A DNA stretch of 64,000 bases from Paragordius varius (Eukaryota; Animalia; Nematomorpha). Location of the stretch: contig OZ176055.1 of the NCBI GenBank assembly GCA_964247055.1, positions 6,262,001 through 6,326,000 of the forward strand. The letters are read 5' to 3'. The notes below the pieces were generated by a model, which saw only the letters and a list, made by a program, of their open reading frames with translations, was not told where the DNA came from and searched no databases. The stretch's first letter is position 1; every line of letters begins with the position of its first letter. Position numbers and translations under genes: made by a program. Shown in pieces: positions 12,921 to 25,300 of the stretch.

Positions 12921-15900
12921 TTAAGCTCCAAAACCATGCACATAAAAACATTTCATCTATTTTTACATATTTATAAAAATGTAAAATATGGCTTATTTAT
13001 ATGCAAAAGGCCCCTTAGGTAAGCCCCAGTTCTAGGGAAATAGGGGTTAATAGTCCCTAAAATTTATTTTTATGAAGCAATGTCTGGAAGACATATAGGC
13101 ATTTTTAGCTTAATAATTAAATTTATATATTTTTTTTACAAATGCCCCGAAAATAAGGCACCTTTTTATTCCCCCTATCTAAACGGCTTCCTCGTAAACG
13201 GATCTTTTTAGAAATTTATTCCTAAATTATGAAGCATTTTCGCCAAAATGAGATTATACAATATTAATAGTAATTTTAGGCATTCCGAGTACATAAATTT
13301 TTGAGACATACTTTGAAATATTTTTTCCTCAAGCACAAATTCAATAATGGTCATTAGTATATCTCTTTCAATTTTACTTTCATAAATTATCACCAGCGAA
13401 GGTTCCTATCTACTTATTCCCAATAAAACTTTGGTTAAAATATCCTGAAAACATTTAGCCCCATTGGAATTTAGCCATTTACATTTCTTTGATGAATGCG
13501 CGATCATAGTCAATTCATTACTTTAAGAAGCTCACAGCGACCGATAAGGTACAGCATTACAACACTGGAATTTATCCTAATTACTTATAAGAAAATTACC
13601 TGTTTAATCCAATATGACTGAGTAAAAAATATTTAAGTCTAGAAGCTAATAAAGTGCAAAAATAAAAGCGTATTTATGTATTATGATAGATAATATTTGA
13701 TTATATATTTTATAGAACTTACGGAGTAGCATTTTTACAATTTTAAATTCTGATACAAAAAATACTCAAAATTTTATGAAACAAAATGAAATTTTAATAA
13801 ATTCAATTTATACTTAACATACGAATTCAACATTTGGTGTTAAAAACAAAATAACTTTTAAATTATATCAGATTATACACCTTCGTGTATCATTGTGACA
13901 AGTCCATTAAAAAATTGAAAATTAATTTTATTTGAATTGCGAGGCATTCATATCTAATATAGCCGGGAAATCTTCAAAGATATTTGAAATGTTTTATGGT
14001 AAATTTTGCAAGTTTAAAGGTAAATTCGAAGGTTATATCTTATATAATAAAGCCTTTTCCGGAAAACCTTTGAGTAAAAAGATTAAACATTTATCCATAA
14101 ATTGATGGGAGGGAGTACGGCAAATTTATAATGCCCAATCCTTAGATGTTGCAGATATAAGATAATAGCTAAACAACCAAAAAATTTAATCGGTTATATG
14201 ATTATAAATAATCTTTTATTCTTTTAAATTTTAATTTATCTTCTATAAAATTCGGTATTTTTGTAGTTTGTATTTTTTACTTTTTTGCCATTTTCAGACA
14301 AAGTATATATTCTGTTTATAATTATAGCTTTTTTCAACTAAATCAACATTTTTCCAGTCAACATCATTTCTTGAATTATTCTCTATACTTATATTAAATA
14401 AATTTTAAAATTATTTTTTTAATGCATATAGGCATTTCGGAGGCTTTTGTTGACATTTAATTTATTAGGTTGCATAAATGTGAAAGTTCGGTTCAAAATT
14501 GTTATAACTAATATTTATACCCTTAAACTATTTTCCAGTATATTATTAGAAACATTAAAAAAATGACAAAAAAGATAAAAGAAATTATGGGATAGACATA
14601 CCTTAAAAAATAAAGGATAAGTTGCAAAGAAATGTGTTAGTTTGTTTGTAAAATGTTCAATTTAGTTAGGATATGAATGCATCTTGCTTTTAAAAAAATT
14701 CTCTGGTCTGTTATTATCTGATAAATATAATATGATTTTATTTGAATTAGAAGAAATCAAGTTTACAATGCATAAGGATTTAACCTTTTCAACATAATTA
14801 TAAAATATTGTCTCATCTAAAAATTAATATCACAAATCGAAGTAACCGGTTTCAAATTTCAAACGGTTCTGGCACCGCTGGATTTTTTTGGAAGCAAGCC
14901 GGTTTTTGTTTTAATTTCCAAATTTTAAAACGACGAAATCAGTACCTTTCGGGAATCACTATGGTACTGGTTCCAAATTTTCTGGCCAAGTTTCGGGTAG
15001 TAACTATTTTTAAATCTTTTTAATCCTGAACATTGATAAAGTAACTGGGAGATTTCAATAATTTATTTTTAAAATAATCATGAATATATCCGATAATCTA
15101 TGGTTACATTGTTTGTTTTAGTACAGACATTTGTAGCGGTATTTAATTTTAAGATTTTAATCGGCAGTAAATACTGGATCTATTCTTTTCTATAGTTTAA
15201 ACACATAATTAGTTGGAATTGAATAGACTTTTAAAAAAATTAACTGATTAGGAATTTATCCATTGTAAATATGAAATAAATATTATTAAACTATGTTTTT
15301 TAAGGCTGTCCTATATTCGTTATAAAAACTAACGCTTATTTTTACACCTGAAAGGCCTGACTAGTAATTGTAATCCCCATTTTTTCCTTAGTTTATTGGG
15401 GAATTTTTTTTATCAAATAATCAATTCAAAAACCATGACGTATTGCCACAGACAGAGCTGGCATATATATATTTAGTTGGGAATATTAACATTAGCATGT
15501 GCATGCATAAATCGTAATGTAATATATTAATTAGCAAACAAAAAATAATATCATAATTGAAAAAAAATTCGTTCTTCTATATGCATATATGTTGAAATTA
15601 CAATGCAATTCTATAATATTATGGATGATATATATAGTTTTATATATTTCGGAAAACATAATCTAACTTTGGTAAGAGAAAGCTTATTCATTAGCTTATT
15701 AGATAATATTAATGAAAGTGCCATTATGATGTAGATTCCGCACATTTTTCAATTCTCTGTTCTATGCGATGCATTTCTAAATTAAAGTTTTGAAAGCTCA
15801 TAAATATTTTTATCTAAATTTTATTTATGCCACAGTTACCCTCTCAAAATATAATTTTTTCCTGCTTCCATAAATACCTACCTACCTGTCTGCTGCCTAC

Positions 15901-16112
15901 ACCTATAAATTGATTAAAAAAATGATTACAATAATTTAATTGATTTTTTTATTTAAAAATATTATTTGTGAAACATAGAGGATATAATTATCTTTAATTA
16001 CTCTCGGGATGTTTCCCTTATTATATCAATAATATAATCACACAAATATTTTAACCGTGGTTTATGACCTTGGATAATTTATAAAAACGAAACTTTAACT
16101 CTTTAACAACCA

Positions 16113-16649
16113 ATGATTTTTTTCCATACTTTTTACCTCTACTCTCTTCTATTATTGGGCCGCAATTTGAGTCTGCATTCAGCTTATCTAACTCACATCA
16201 AAAGAAATTTTCTAAATCCAATAAGATCGGAACAAGCAAATTTGGATACCAATCACCAATCAAACAATGATGATAAAGAATATTTGATAGTTTTGAAACA
16301 TCTTTATCCCTTTAAGAATTTTTTTGCACATACACGCGTACCTAGGCGTCTTAACGTACCTTATAGCGGCGATTCTAATTTGTTGGTAAAACAGCCAAGG
16401 AACAGAAAAGATTTCATTTACGAAAGCACCTCCTCCGACCATTTTCAAAAACGTGTTCCAATCAATGATGATGAAATCAAATGGCTGAAAAACAGTGTTG
16501 TTCCTCAACAATCTCCAAGTTCCGATTATTTGAACAATGAAGATGAAACCAGTTTAAACCATGTACAACAACAACAACACTTGTTTGGGTCAGTCAGACG
16601 CCGTAAGAATGCCAAAAATATGTATAGTGAATTCATAATGCCATGGTAA
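16113..16649 (+). CDS. Orphan secreted prohormone/neuropeptide-like precursor (178 aa, single coding exon)
   Basis: True ATG; hydrophobic N-terminus (MIFFHTFYLYSLLLLG); basic cleavage-type sites KR, RR, RK, KR and RRRK; short C-terminal peptide NAKNMYSEFIMPW before the stop. An open 178-codon frame is unlikely by chance at this AT content. No family recognised. Confidence 0.7.
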   Translation: MIFFHTFYLYSLLLLGRNLSLHSAYLTHIKRNFLNPIRSEQANLDTNHQSNNDDKEYLIVLKHLYPFKNFFAHTRVPRRLNVPYSGDSNLLVKQPRNRKDFIYESTSSDHFQKRVPINDDEIKWLKNSVVPQQSPSSDYLNNEDETSLNHVQQQQHLFGSVRRRKNAKNMYSEFIMPW

Positions 16650-17252
16650 TTAACTATGAGTCATTATAAGCCTTCACTTTTTTTGTAACATAAGAAACCC
16701 CCGGTAAAATTAAAAAAAATTAAAATTTATATCTAATTTATTAATATTATTCATCAAATATATATATGTGCTCTACAAATGAAAATTCTCGGTTTCTCCG
16801 TACATTGTGATTTGCTGCTTATGTCATCTCTTTGCTTGAAATATTAATGACTATTATATTTTTGACATAATTGCACTATTTAATAAGCTTATAAATAATA
16901 AATTAAATATAAATAAATTGCTTGTATATTAAAGTAATGTGCCATGATATAAAAATGTAATGGATATAAATATTTCGTCAACTCTTTGTTGAAACTATAA
17001 TATTGAAATAATTCAGCATTAACAACCATATTTTGAAAAAGCCCATTTTGAGATTAAAGTGCAATACGTTCAATGGTGCTATGCTCAATTAGAAATTTTT
17101 TATAATCATGTAAGAATGAGTATCATTAAAGAGCGAAATGCATCTACTATTTATACAACAATATATTTACTTGGGTGCAAAACTCAACGTTTCACATAAC
17201 AACCAATAAGGTCAGATTTGATTGAGGCTTTTTCGAAATTCAACCAAACTTA

Positions 17253-19351
17253 TTACCTCCTTAGGTAGTAGATGATAAAAATTTGTAGTATAAAAAACAC
17301 CAATGATAATACAATAACTTCATGGTGTTGAACCCAAATCGATTTCATCATTGAGGTTAAATAATTTGATCCTTGAAGAGATATGAATGGTTGTTTTCCC
17401 TGGAGAGATAATTTTTTGGTTGTTAACTCTGGTAAGGGTATATTTGTTTTAGCTAATAATCAAATAAAAAATATTCAATTATTAATAAATATATTGTGGT
17501 ATAATATATATATAATGATTGAAATGTTCAATGTAAACCAAACATACCTAAGTCAGGGTATTCGTGATATTGAATATTTTGATCATCCCTTTCTTTGGGA
17601 TAAGTTTGTAAATCTCTGATACTTTGGCGGTCAAATTTACGCCTTATAACTTTCGTTAAATCGGGATGATAGGCAGCGTCTTCATCTTCAAAAACTGCTG
17701 GTACTACCGTTGGTATATTTCGCTAAAATGTATAAAAAATAAGATATGAAATATTTTAATTCCTAGTTTTTACCACTAAATATGACAAAATGACATAAAA
17801 ATTATATCTTTTATCAATCAAAAATTATCCATATCTTGTAAAATTTTATATGATTATAACTTGGAAAAAATAATTATATCCATTATATACTAATATAATT
17901 TATACTTGCCATAAAATTAAAAGTAATATTACGTCAAAAAATAAAAATACATTCATTTGCTGTGTATAACCTTTGAGGCATCCGGGGGTGTTAGAGTCCG
18001 CACCAGATTTAAGTGTTGTCCTTCTTGCGGTATAGTTTGGGTTTGTATGATAAAATCTTTCTCATATTGATATAAATCATTCAAGGGGTCCCATGGTCGA
18101 TAACTATAAAATATAATATTTTACTCGTATATTTTATCAAATGGATTGATTTTGAATTAAAAATTTAAATAAAAGAGTATAATATCTTAAAGGATCGTAA
18201 TTTTTTTAACACATTTTGTAAGATTGATTATCTAATAAATAATACTCGCGATATTTGTAAGCCCATTCTTGTACATCAAATATGGAAGAGTTCTCCAAAT
18301 TATTTGTTAGTAGTACTTTATGTTCATTGGTTGGTTCATTCGTTTGAAATAACATTGGTTCATAGGATAAACCTTTGGATTGCTATAATGGTTACAAGTA
18401 AAAGATAACCATAAACTTATAATAATTACGAAAATCAAAAAAAAATATATTCCAAAAAATTAAATTCAACAATTATACCAAATCTGAGAGTTTCTCCCTT
18501 TGTGCATTTTCAACTTCCGTTTTTGCCAATGTGGCGGCGTTTTGGTCATCTATTTTTAGTGCATTTGTTACACCTATCCATAACTTTGCACTTTCAAACG
18601 GTTTTTGATCACTGAGCGGTACTGTATACCTAAAAGAAGTATAAATGTTAATAGACTTTTGCCAGTGAATTTAATTTTTAAAATTTGAAAAAAAAAGATA
18701 TGTAGGTAGCATTTAGATATATCGTCAAAAATAAAACCTAGGTAAGCGAGATTGCGTAATTTGAGGATCTAATGCATTCCATAAAAGTTTTTTGTCCGGT
18801 AAAGATGCGGGAGAAAGCGTCCCAGCGGTTGAAGTCTAATTTATGAAGGAGATTTTTTGAAAATAGAATTAAAATATCCTTTTGTACGGTACAAAGAACC
18901 GAACCAAAAAAATTCAAAAAAACACATTATAAGTCATTGGAAATGGCTTTAAAAGTAGCCTTTAATTAATATATTTTTTCGTATTAATTCTTTCAGTAAA
19001 AAATTTTCATAGAATATTTTACTAGAGTGAAATCGAATATATCATACATATTAAATAAAAACGATATTCATGATATTAGCCAAGTTCAGTAGTTTTTTAA
19101 GAATGTGTTTTTATTATTTTAATTAAAATTATTATATAAATTCATGTTGAACACAATTAAACAGGTTTCACTATATTTTACAATGACAAATTTATAAAAT
19201 ATGATCCTCTAAAAAATTCTATACTCTCTCCATTTCTTTGATAAATATTTTGCCGTCCCAATGACCTTCAATCTTAGCCATAACGGCTGTTTCACCGAAT
19301 TTTATTTTGCCCGAAACTACATTGGATGATTCCACACCCCCAAACATTGGC

Positions 19352-19394
<43 letters not shown>

Positions 19395-22300
19395 TTGTCA
19401 AAAAGATTATAAAAACGTTAAATCGAAAATTTTATTGTAACTAAGGATAATAATATGTGAAAACTAAATGATAAAAAAATAAGTTTAAGAAAAATTTGTG
19501 GCTTGGTTAAAAAAATATCTAAGCATTTTAAATTAATAAACCAAAAAAACTGAAATAATTACTAAATATAAAAAAACATCCATGTAGCGAAAATATTTGG
19601 ATATAATAGTTGGTACATTATATGACATTTCGATTCATTATAATTAGATTAAAAATACTAACCTTAAGTTTAAATTCTAGGGCTGATGAGTAACCCGTAT
19701 GTGGACAAGAGATCACAATTTTTCCGCCAAGTTCCATTGTCAAATTTCCAACGAGGATACCCTTGCAATTAGCATAAGGCATTGTTATAATGTACCTTTC
19801 GCCCCGCGGTAAAAGTGTTAACGTGGCTGAACCATCCAAAATAGCGGAAACTGAGTTACCTAACATATATATATATATAGATAATATTTGAATTTCTAGA
19901 AAAAGGCATACTCTTTGGGTTGGTAGATGGCACCCGCAGAAGGGGCCGACCCAAAAAGCGGTGGATCGATGTGCTCAAATCAATAACAAATCTAACCTTT
20001 CATCAACTGAGAGAAACACAGGATCGCCTAAAATGGAGAACACTAATCTATGAGAACAAGAGTCAGTATATGACTAGTTTATAACAACAACATATTCCCT
20101 TTCTACAAAATTGAAGAAAAAAAAAATAAGAATTAAATTTAATTTTTTACTATATTTGGCTCATTGAGAGGTGTTCATAATACTAACAGCTTTAAATCAT
20201 TATAATTTAAAAATTAGGGACTTAATTAAAAATTGGAAAAATGCATAATGATCAACATGATTTAATTAGTTTATGGGCGCCTTATTATATATATAAGCTC
20301 ATTATAAGGGGGGTAATTAATATAAGAAATTTAGTATAAATATATATATATATATATATATCCTTTTACGAGTAGAATTTTTCTTGTTATGTTTGATAAA
20401 GGGTTAAAAAACAAAAATTCACAAAATTTTAACCGTTGCTGAATTTCGAGGCTTTTCAAACTAAGTGTAAAATGTTAAAAAAACTTGACTAAACAAAACT
20501 CACCACGATGATGGGTATATTGGAAGAAAAAATGATATTTAAAACATACCGTAAAATTTAGATCGAGTTAATATAGTGCCAGAGAGTGAATAACCATCTT
20601 TTCGATTAGTAACATAAAAAGCCGATATTGGTGGATGATGAGATACCTAATATAAAAAAAACATTAAGTACTACACAAGATAAAGTTCGGAATTTTGACA
20701 GATATATATATATATATATATATATTTTATTTTAAAAAATATAAAATTTATTTCATAAAATTGTGTAAAATTAAAACTCCAGTAAAAATACGAATATTCC
20801 GGAATATATTTTCGATATAAATATTATATCATCCTCATCACCGGTAAAAACAGAATTAAACAAATTGAACCTAATTGATCATATTAAAACATCGTCGTTA
20901 TATTGCAATATATAATAAAAATAATAAAAATGCATGTGTTATATTTTTAAATGTGATGAAATTATAAAACGATTTATCTTAAAATACTTTTCCAACAATT
21001 ATTTAGTTTAAATTATCATTTATATCAAAATTATTACTGTTTTTTGGATTTCAATACTTCCCGTATAATTTTTTGTGGATATTGATAGGATATACATTCC
21101 ACATTTTTAAAATAGGGAATGTTTTCATTTGTGAAACAAAGTTCTGCTAGACTGCTTTTATTAATCTAAACACGTTTTGTTTCTTTCAACGTTTATTTAT
21201 TCTCTACCCGTTTCTCCAATATGACATTTTCCACATGAGCCGGCAATATTGTATTCTTGGTCCATTTAATAGTAGTGTTTGTTTTTCATTTTATTGGTTT
21301 AAAAACTTCTTTATATTTGAAGTAGATTTAAAATTCACACCAATATTATATTTGTTTAAATTTTACTGATTCTATCTGTAGTATTTTCTATGCGAAAGGC
21401 TTATATAATAATTAAATAATCTTTTATCTCTATTTTTGTTTTTTGCTGATTTATCTTCTAACTGTACCCATTATTAAAATAGGCATCCTCTGTAAACCGT
21501 TTAGTATCATTTTTACATTTAGGGTTGGTTAATTTATTTCGACGTTCAAAAATGTTATAAATGACACTTTTTTTATGTTTGGGATGATGGTATAAGTATT
21601 TTAGTAATATTAAAGTGAAAAGGTTTTTGATAGATTATATTAAAAACATCCAAAAAAAGTGTTTTATCTTTTACTAATTTCTTTATATTTACATCACAAT
21701 CATATACCGATAACATTGGTTAACTCATCTCTCGAACTTCCAAAATTACAAAAACCCGTATTCTATTTAGGGTCATTACATCGATGGGAGCAACATATAA
21801 CATGTAAATTTTTTGGCTGATCAATTAAAATATAGTTAAAAATATATTAATTGCTTTCATTGTAAAAATAAAAATTATTGAACAATAAAGATAATATTTG
21901 ATTAAGTCTAGATCAATTTATTCAGTAGTATACCAATATCACACACCTTAGAAACTATTGAAAATAATTTTCACCTTTTAAATAACCCCACGCCAAAATT
22001 CATGAATTTAAAATTTTGTTTAAATAAGACTTATTTTATTCTTGATTCTAAATGCTATACTCAAAAGGATGTCTTAATAATGGGGTTAGCTTTATCCCCA
22101 ATGGCTGATATTTTCATGGAAGCATACGAAAAAAAATTATGTATAAGCGTCAACCCAGATTATATGTAAGATATGTGGATGATTATATTATGTGGGAAAA
22201 ATCTTGAGATAAGTTTGGTTATAAATGATTGTGATTTATATATAAAGTTTAAAATCGAATATGTAAAAGATAAAGCACTTTCTTTCTTAGATGTTTTAAT

Positions 22301-25300
22301 CATGCGCAATAATAATTATATTTACTATAAAATCTATCAAAAACCTTTTCACTTTAACATTAACTTATATAAATACTCATACATCCCAAACATAAAAAGG
22401 TGTCATTTATAACTTTTTTGGACGTCGAAATAAAAACTTTAAATATAAAAATGATACTAAACGGATTACAGAGGATGCTTATTTGAATAATGGGTGTTAC
22501 AAGATTTTAATTATTCAACAAAAAAACACAAATAGGAAAGAAATCATTTAATTGTTATATAAGCCTCCCGTATTTTCAAAATACTACAGAGAAAATCAGT
22601 AAAACTTAAACAAATATAATGTGAATTTTAAATCTAATTTACATATAAAAAAGTTTTTAAACCAATATAATGAAAAATAAACACTATTAAATGGACCAGG
22701 AATAACGAAATTGCATGCTCATGTGTAAAATGTCACATTGAACAAACGGGTAGACAGATAGAACACAAAACGTGTTTAGCTAAGGGAAACCGATTAATAA
22801 AAGCCTTGCGCCAGAACTTTGTTTCATAAATGAACACATTCCATATTTTAAAAATTTGGAATGTATATCCATTTATTAATATCAAAAATTATAAGGGAAA
22901 ATATTGAAATCCAAAAAACAGTAATAATTTTGATAAAGATGATAATTTAAACTAGATAATTTCTGGGAACGCATTTTAAGATAAATCGTTCTATAATTTT
23001 TCACATTTAAAATATAATTTAGCGCATGCATTTTTATTATTTTCATAATTATCATACTTGTTGCAATTTAACGATGTTTTAATTATGATCAATTAAGTTT
23101 ATATTGGTTAATTATGCTTGTTTATATCGCTAATAATGATATAATATTGATATCGAAAAAATATTCGGGAATATTCGTATTTTTATTGGAATTTTAATTT
23201 TATACAGTTTTATAAAATAAATTATATATTATTCGTATGGTGTGTATCAAAAATCCTGGTTTATCTATATTTAATATCAATTTACCCATGTAAAATGGCA
23301 AAAAAATTATAAACAAAAATATGATATTTAAAAATTTGATTATATTCGGTTTATAATAATATACCTGTTCAGCAATGTAAAATGTTTTGCTATCATTTGC
23401 TTTGTTAATCCACATGCAACGAAAAATTTCGCCAATAACGGGATTGTAGGGTTTTTTTAGCCCCTAAAATATGATTTGAATTAAAATCAATAATTGGGAA
23501 AATTATTAGTGCCTCCACATCTATATATTTTATCCATTAAATGGATAAATTATATATTTTGTTGTTTATTTAGTTACAAATTTTTCAAACAAAAAATTCA
23601 ACAAAACCATTTTAACATAAAAATGCTTTTTGGGTATTTTACAAACAACAGTCACCAATGTATGGAGTTTCGCCATCAAATGGCATACCCGTTAATTTTT
23701 TTCAATCTTTTCTTGATCTGACTAATTCTAGATTTACATTAAACGATTCGAGGTCTAATATTATGTCTCCTTTTAATTAAAAAGGCCAAAAATTAAGGTC
23801 ATTGGTAGTAATATAATTCCAAAAATTATAAACCGATTAATAATTTTGATTATTACTGCAATTTTTGTATCACAATATCAATCAATAACCATTTATCTTT
23901 ATGGGAACAGCTCTAAAAAAATTATTGTCATTAAACTCTTAACATGTTACCTATAATTGATTTAATAATAGAACGGGGTAATAAATCTTATGATATTTAG
24001 TTTCAAAAACGGCTCAGAATAAATTCAAAATTAATAATTTCGAAAAAAATAAAGTTAAAATTTTTTAAATTATTTCGGGTTCTTATTGGCTTTAAGGGCA
24101 TATAAATAATTAGCATTATTAATGCGTGTAATACCACCTTGGGTTTTTTATAAAATCCTGACAGGTACCATTTAGTCACCAATTTTATTCGGGAATAAGG
24201 ATCTGCCATATTTTGTGCTCTATACAAATGTGAAAAAAATTCTCTTAGAAACAACTGTTACTGTAAGATGTGCAAAACAAACAAATTGCATAACAAAATA
24301 CAATAAAAATAAAATAGAATATAAAATATTTTAAACATTTTTTTAATAATTTATCAATTAAATATTAAATGAATATATACTGAGCAAGAATATCACTATG
24401 GTAATAATAATCCGTTAATTTGTCAAGAAAAGACCGAGGTTCCAATATAAAAGTCGGTAACGTTACTTTTGATAAATCCATACCGGGTTTCATTTGTTTA
24501 ACAAGGGCCCAAATTAAACTTTTATTTTCATCGGGCAGGGTTTCTTCGATAGCTATATTAGAGTTATACAAGAAAAAATATATTGTTGTTAAATAAGAAA
24601 AGGGTCTCAAAATAGCACTTAAATTTTTTTACAATGTCGTATTTTTAATTTTAATTGAGATGATCGCATTGAAATTATATTTTACACAGTGGTCCCTTAA
24701 AAATGATTGTTGTATACTTACAAATAAATTATTCGATTTACAATCATCATTTAAAATATAAAATAAACAAAATGTTTTTGGTTTAAATTAATTTTACTGC
24801 GACAAATACATATCTCTCTCGATTCTTCCAAAAAATAAAAACTTTACAATTCGATACAATTGGAAATACTAAAAAAATTACCAAATTTATCTTTGACCAG
24901 TTATGGAAAAATGGGCTAAATTCCAAATTTTAACTGTTGTTAATATAAATTGTATTAATGGTTAATAACTAAATGCAAAATCTTTGTGCTTATAATAACC
25001 TGTATTATTTTGTTTATCAGAGGGCATCGTTATATCTTCATCAGCGATAATGTCTTCAATGTAAGGGGTTTCTTGAATCTGCTGTTGTGAAGTTGGCTAC
25101 AATATACAGTTAAAATTATAATAATTACAAAACATAAAAAGTAAATATTTTAATAGAGATAAATCTTGATTTTCCTGTTTTGGAATGAGAATAAGGAATA
25201 GAGATGTAAATTGGTAACAAATATAGGATTTAAGAAACAATCAAGAGTCAAAACAGTATCATTTTCTTTATAAAAAAAAATATTAGTCTTTTGGCCTAAC

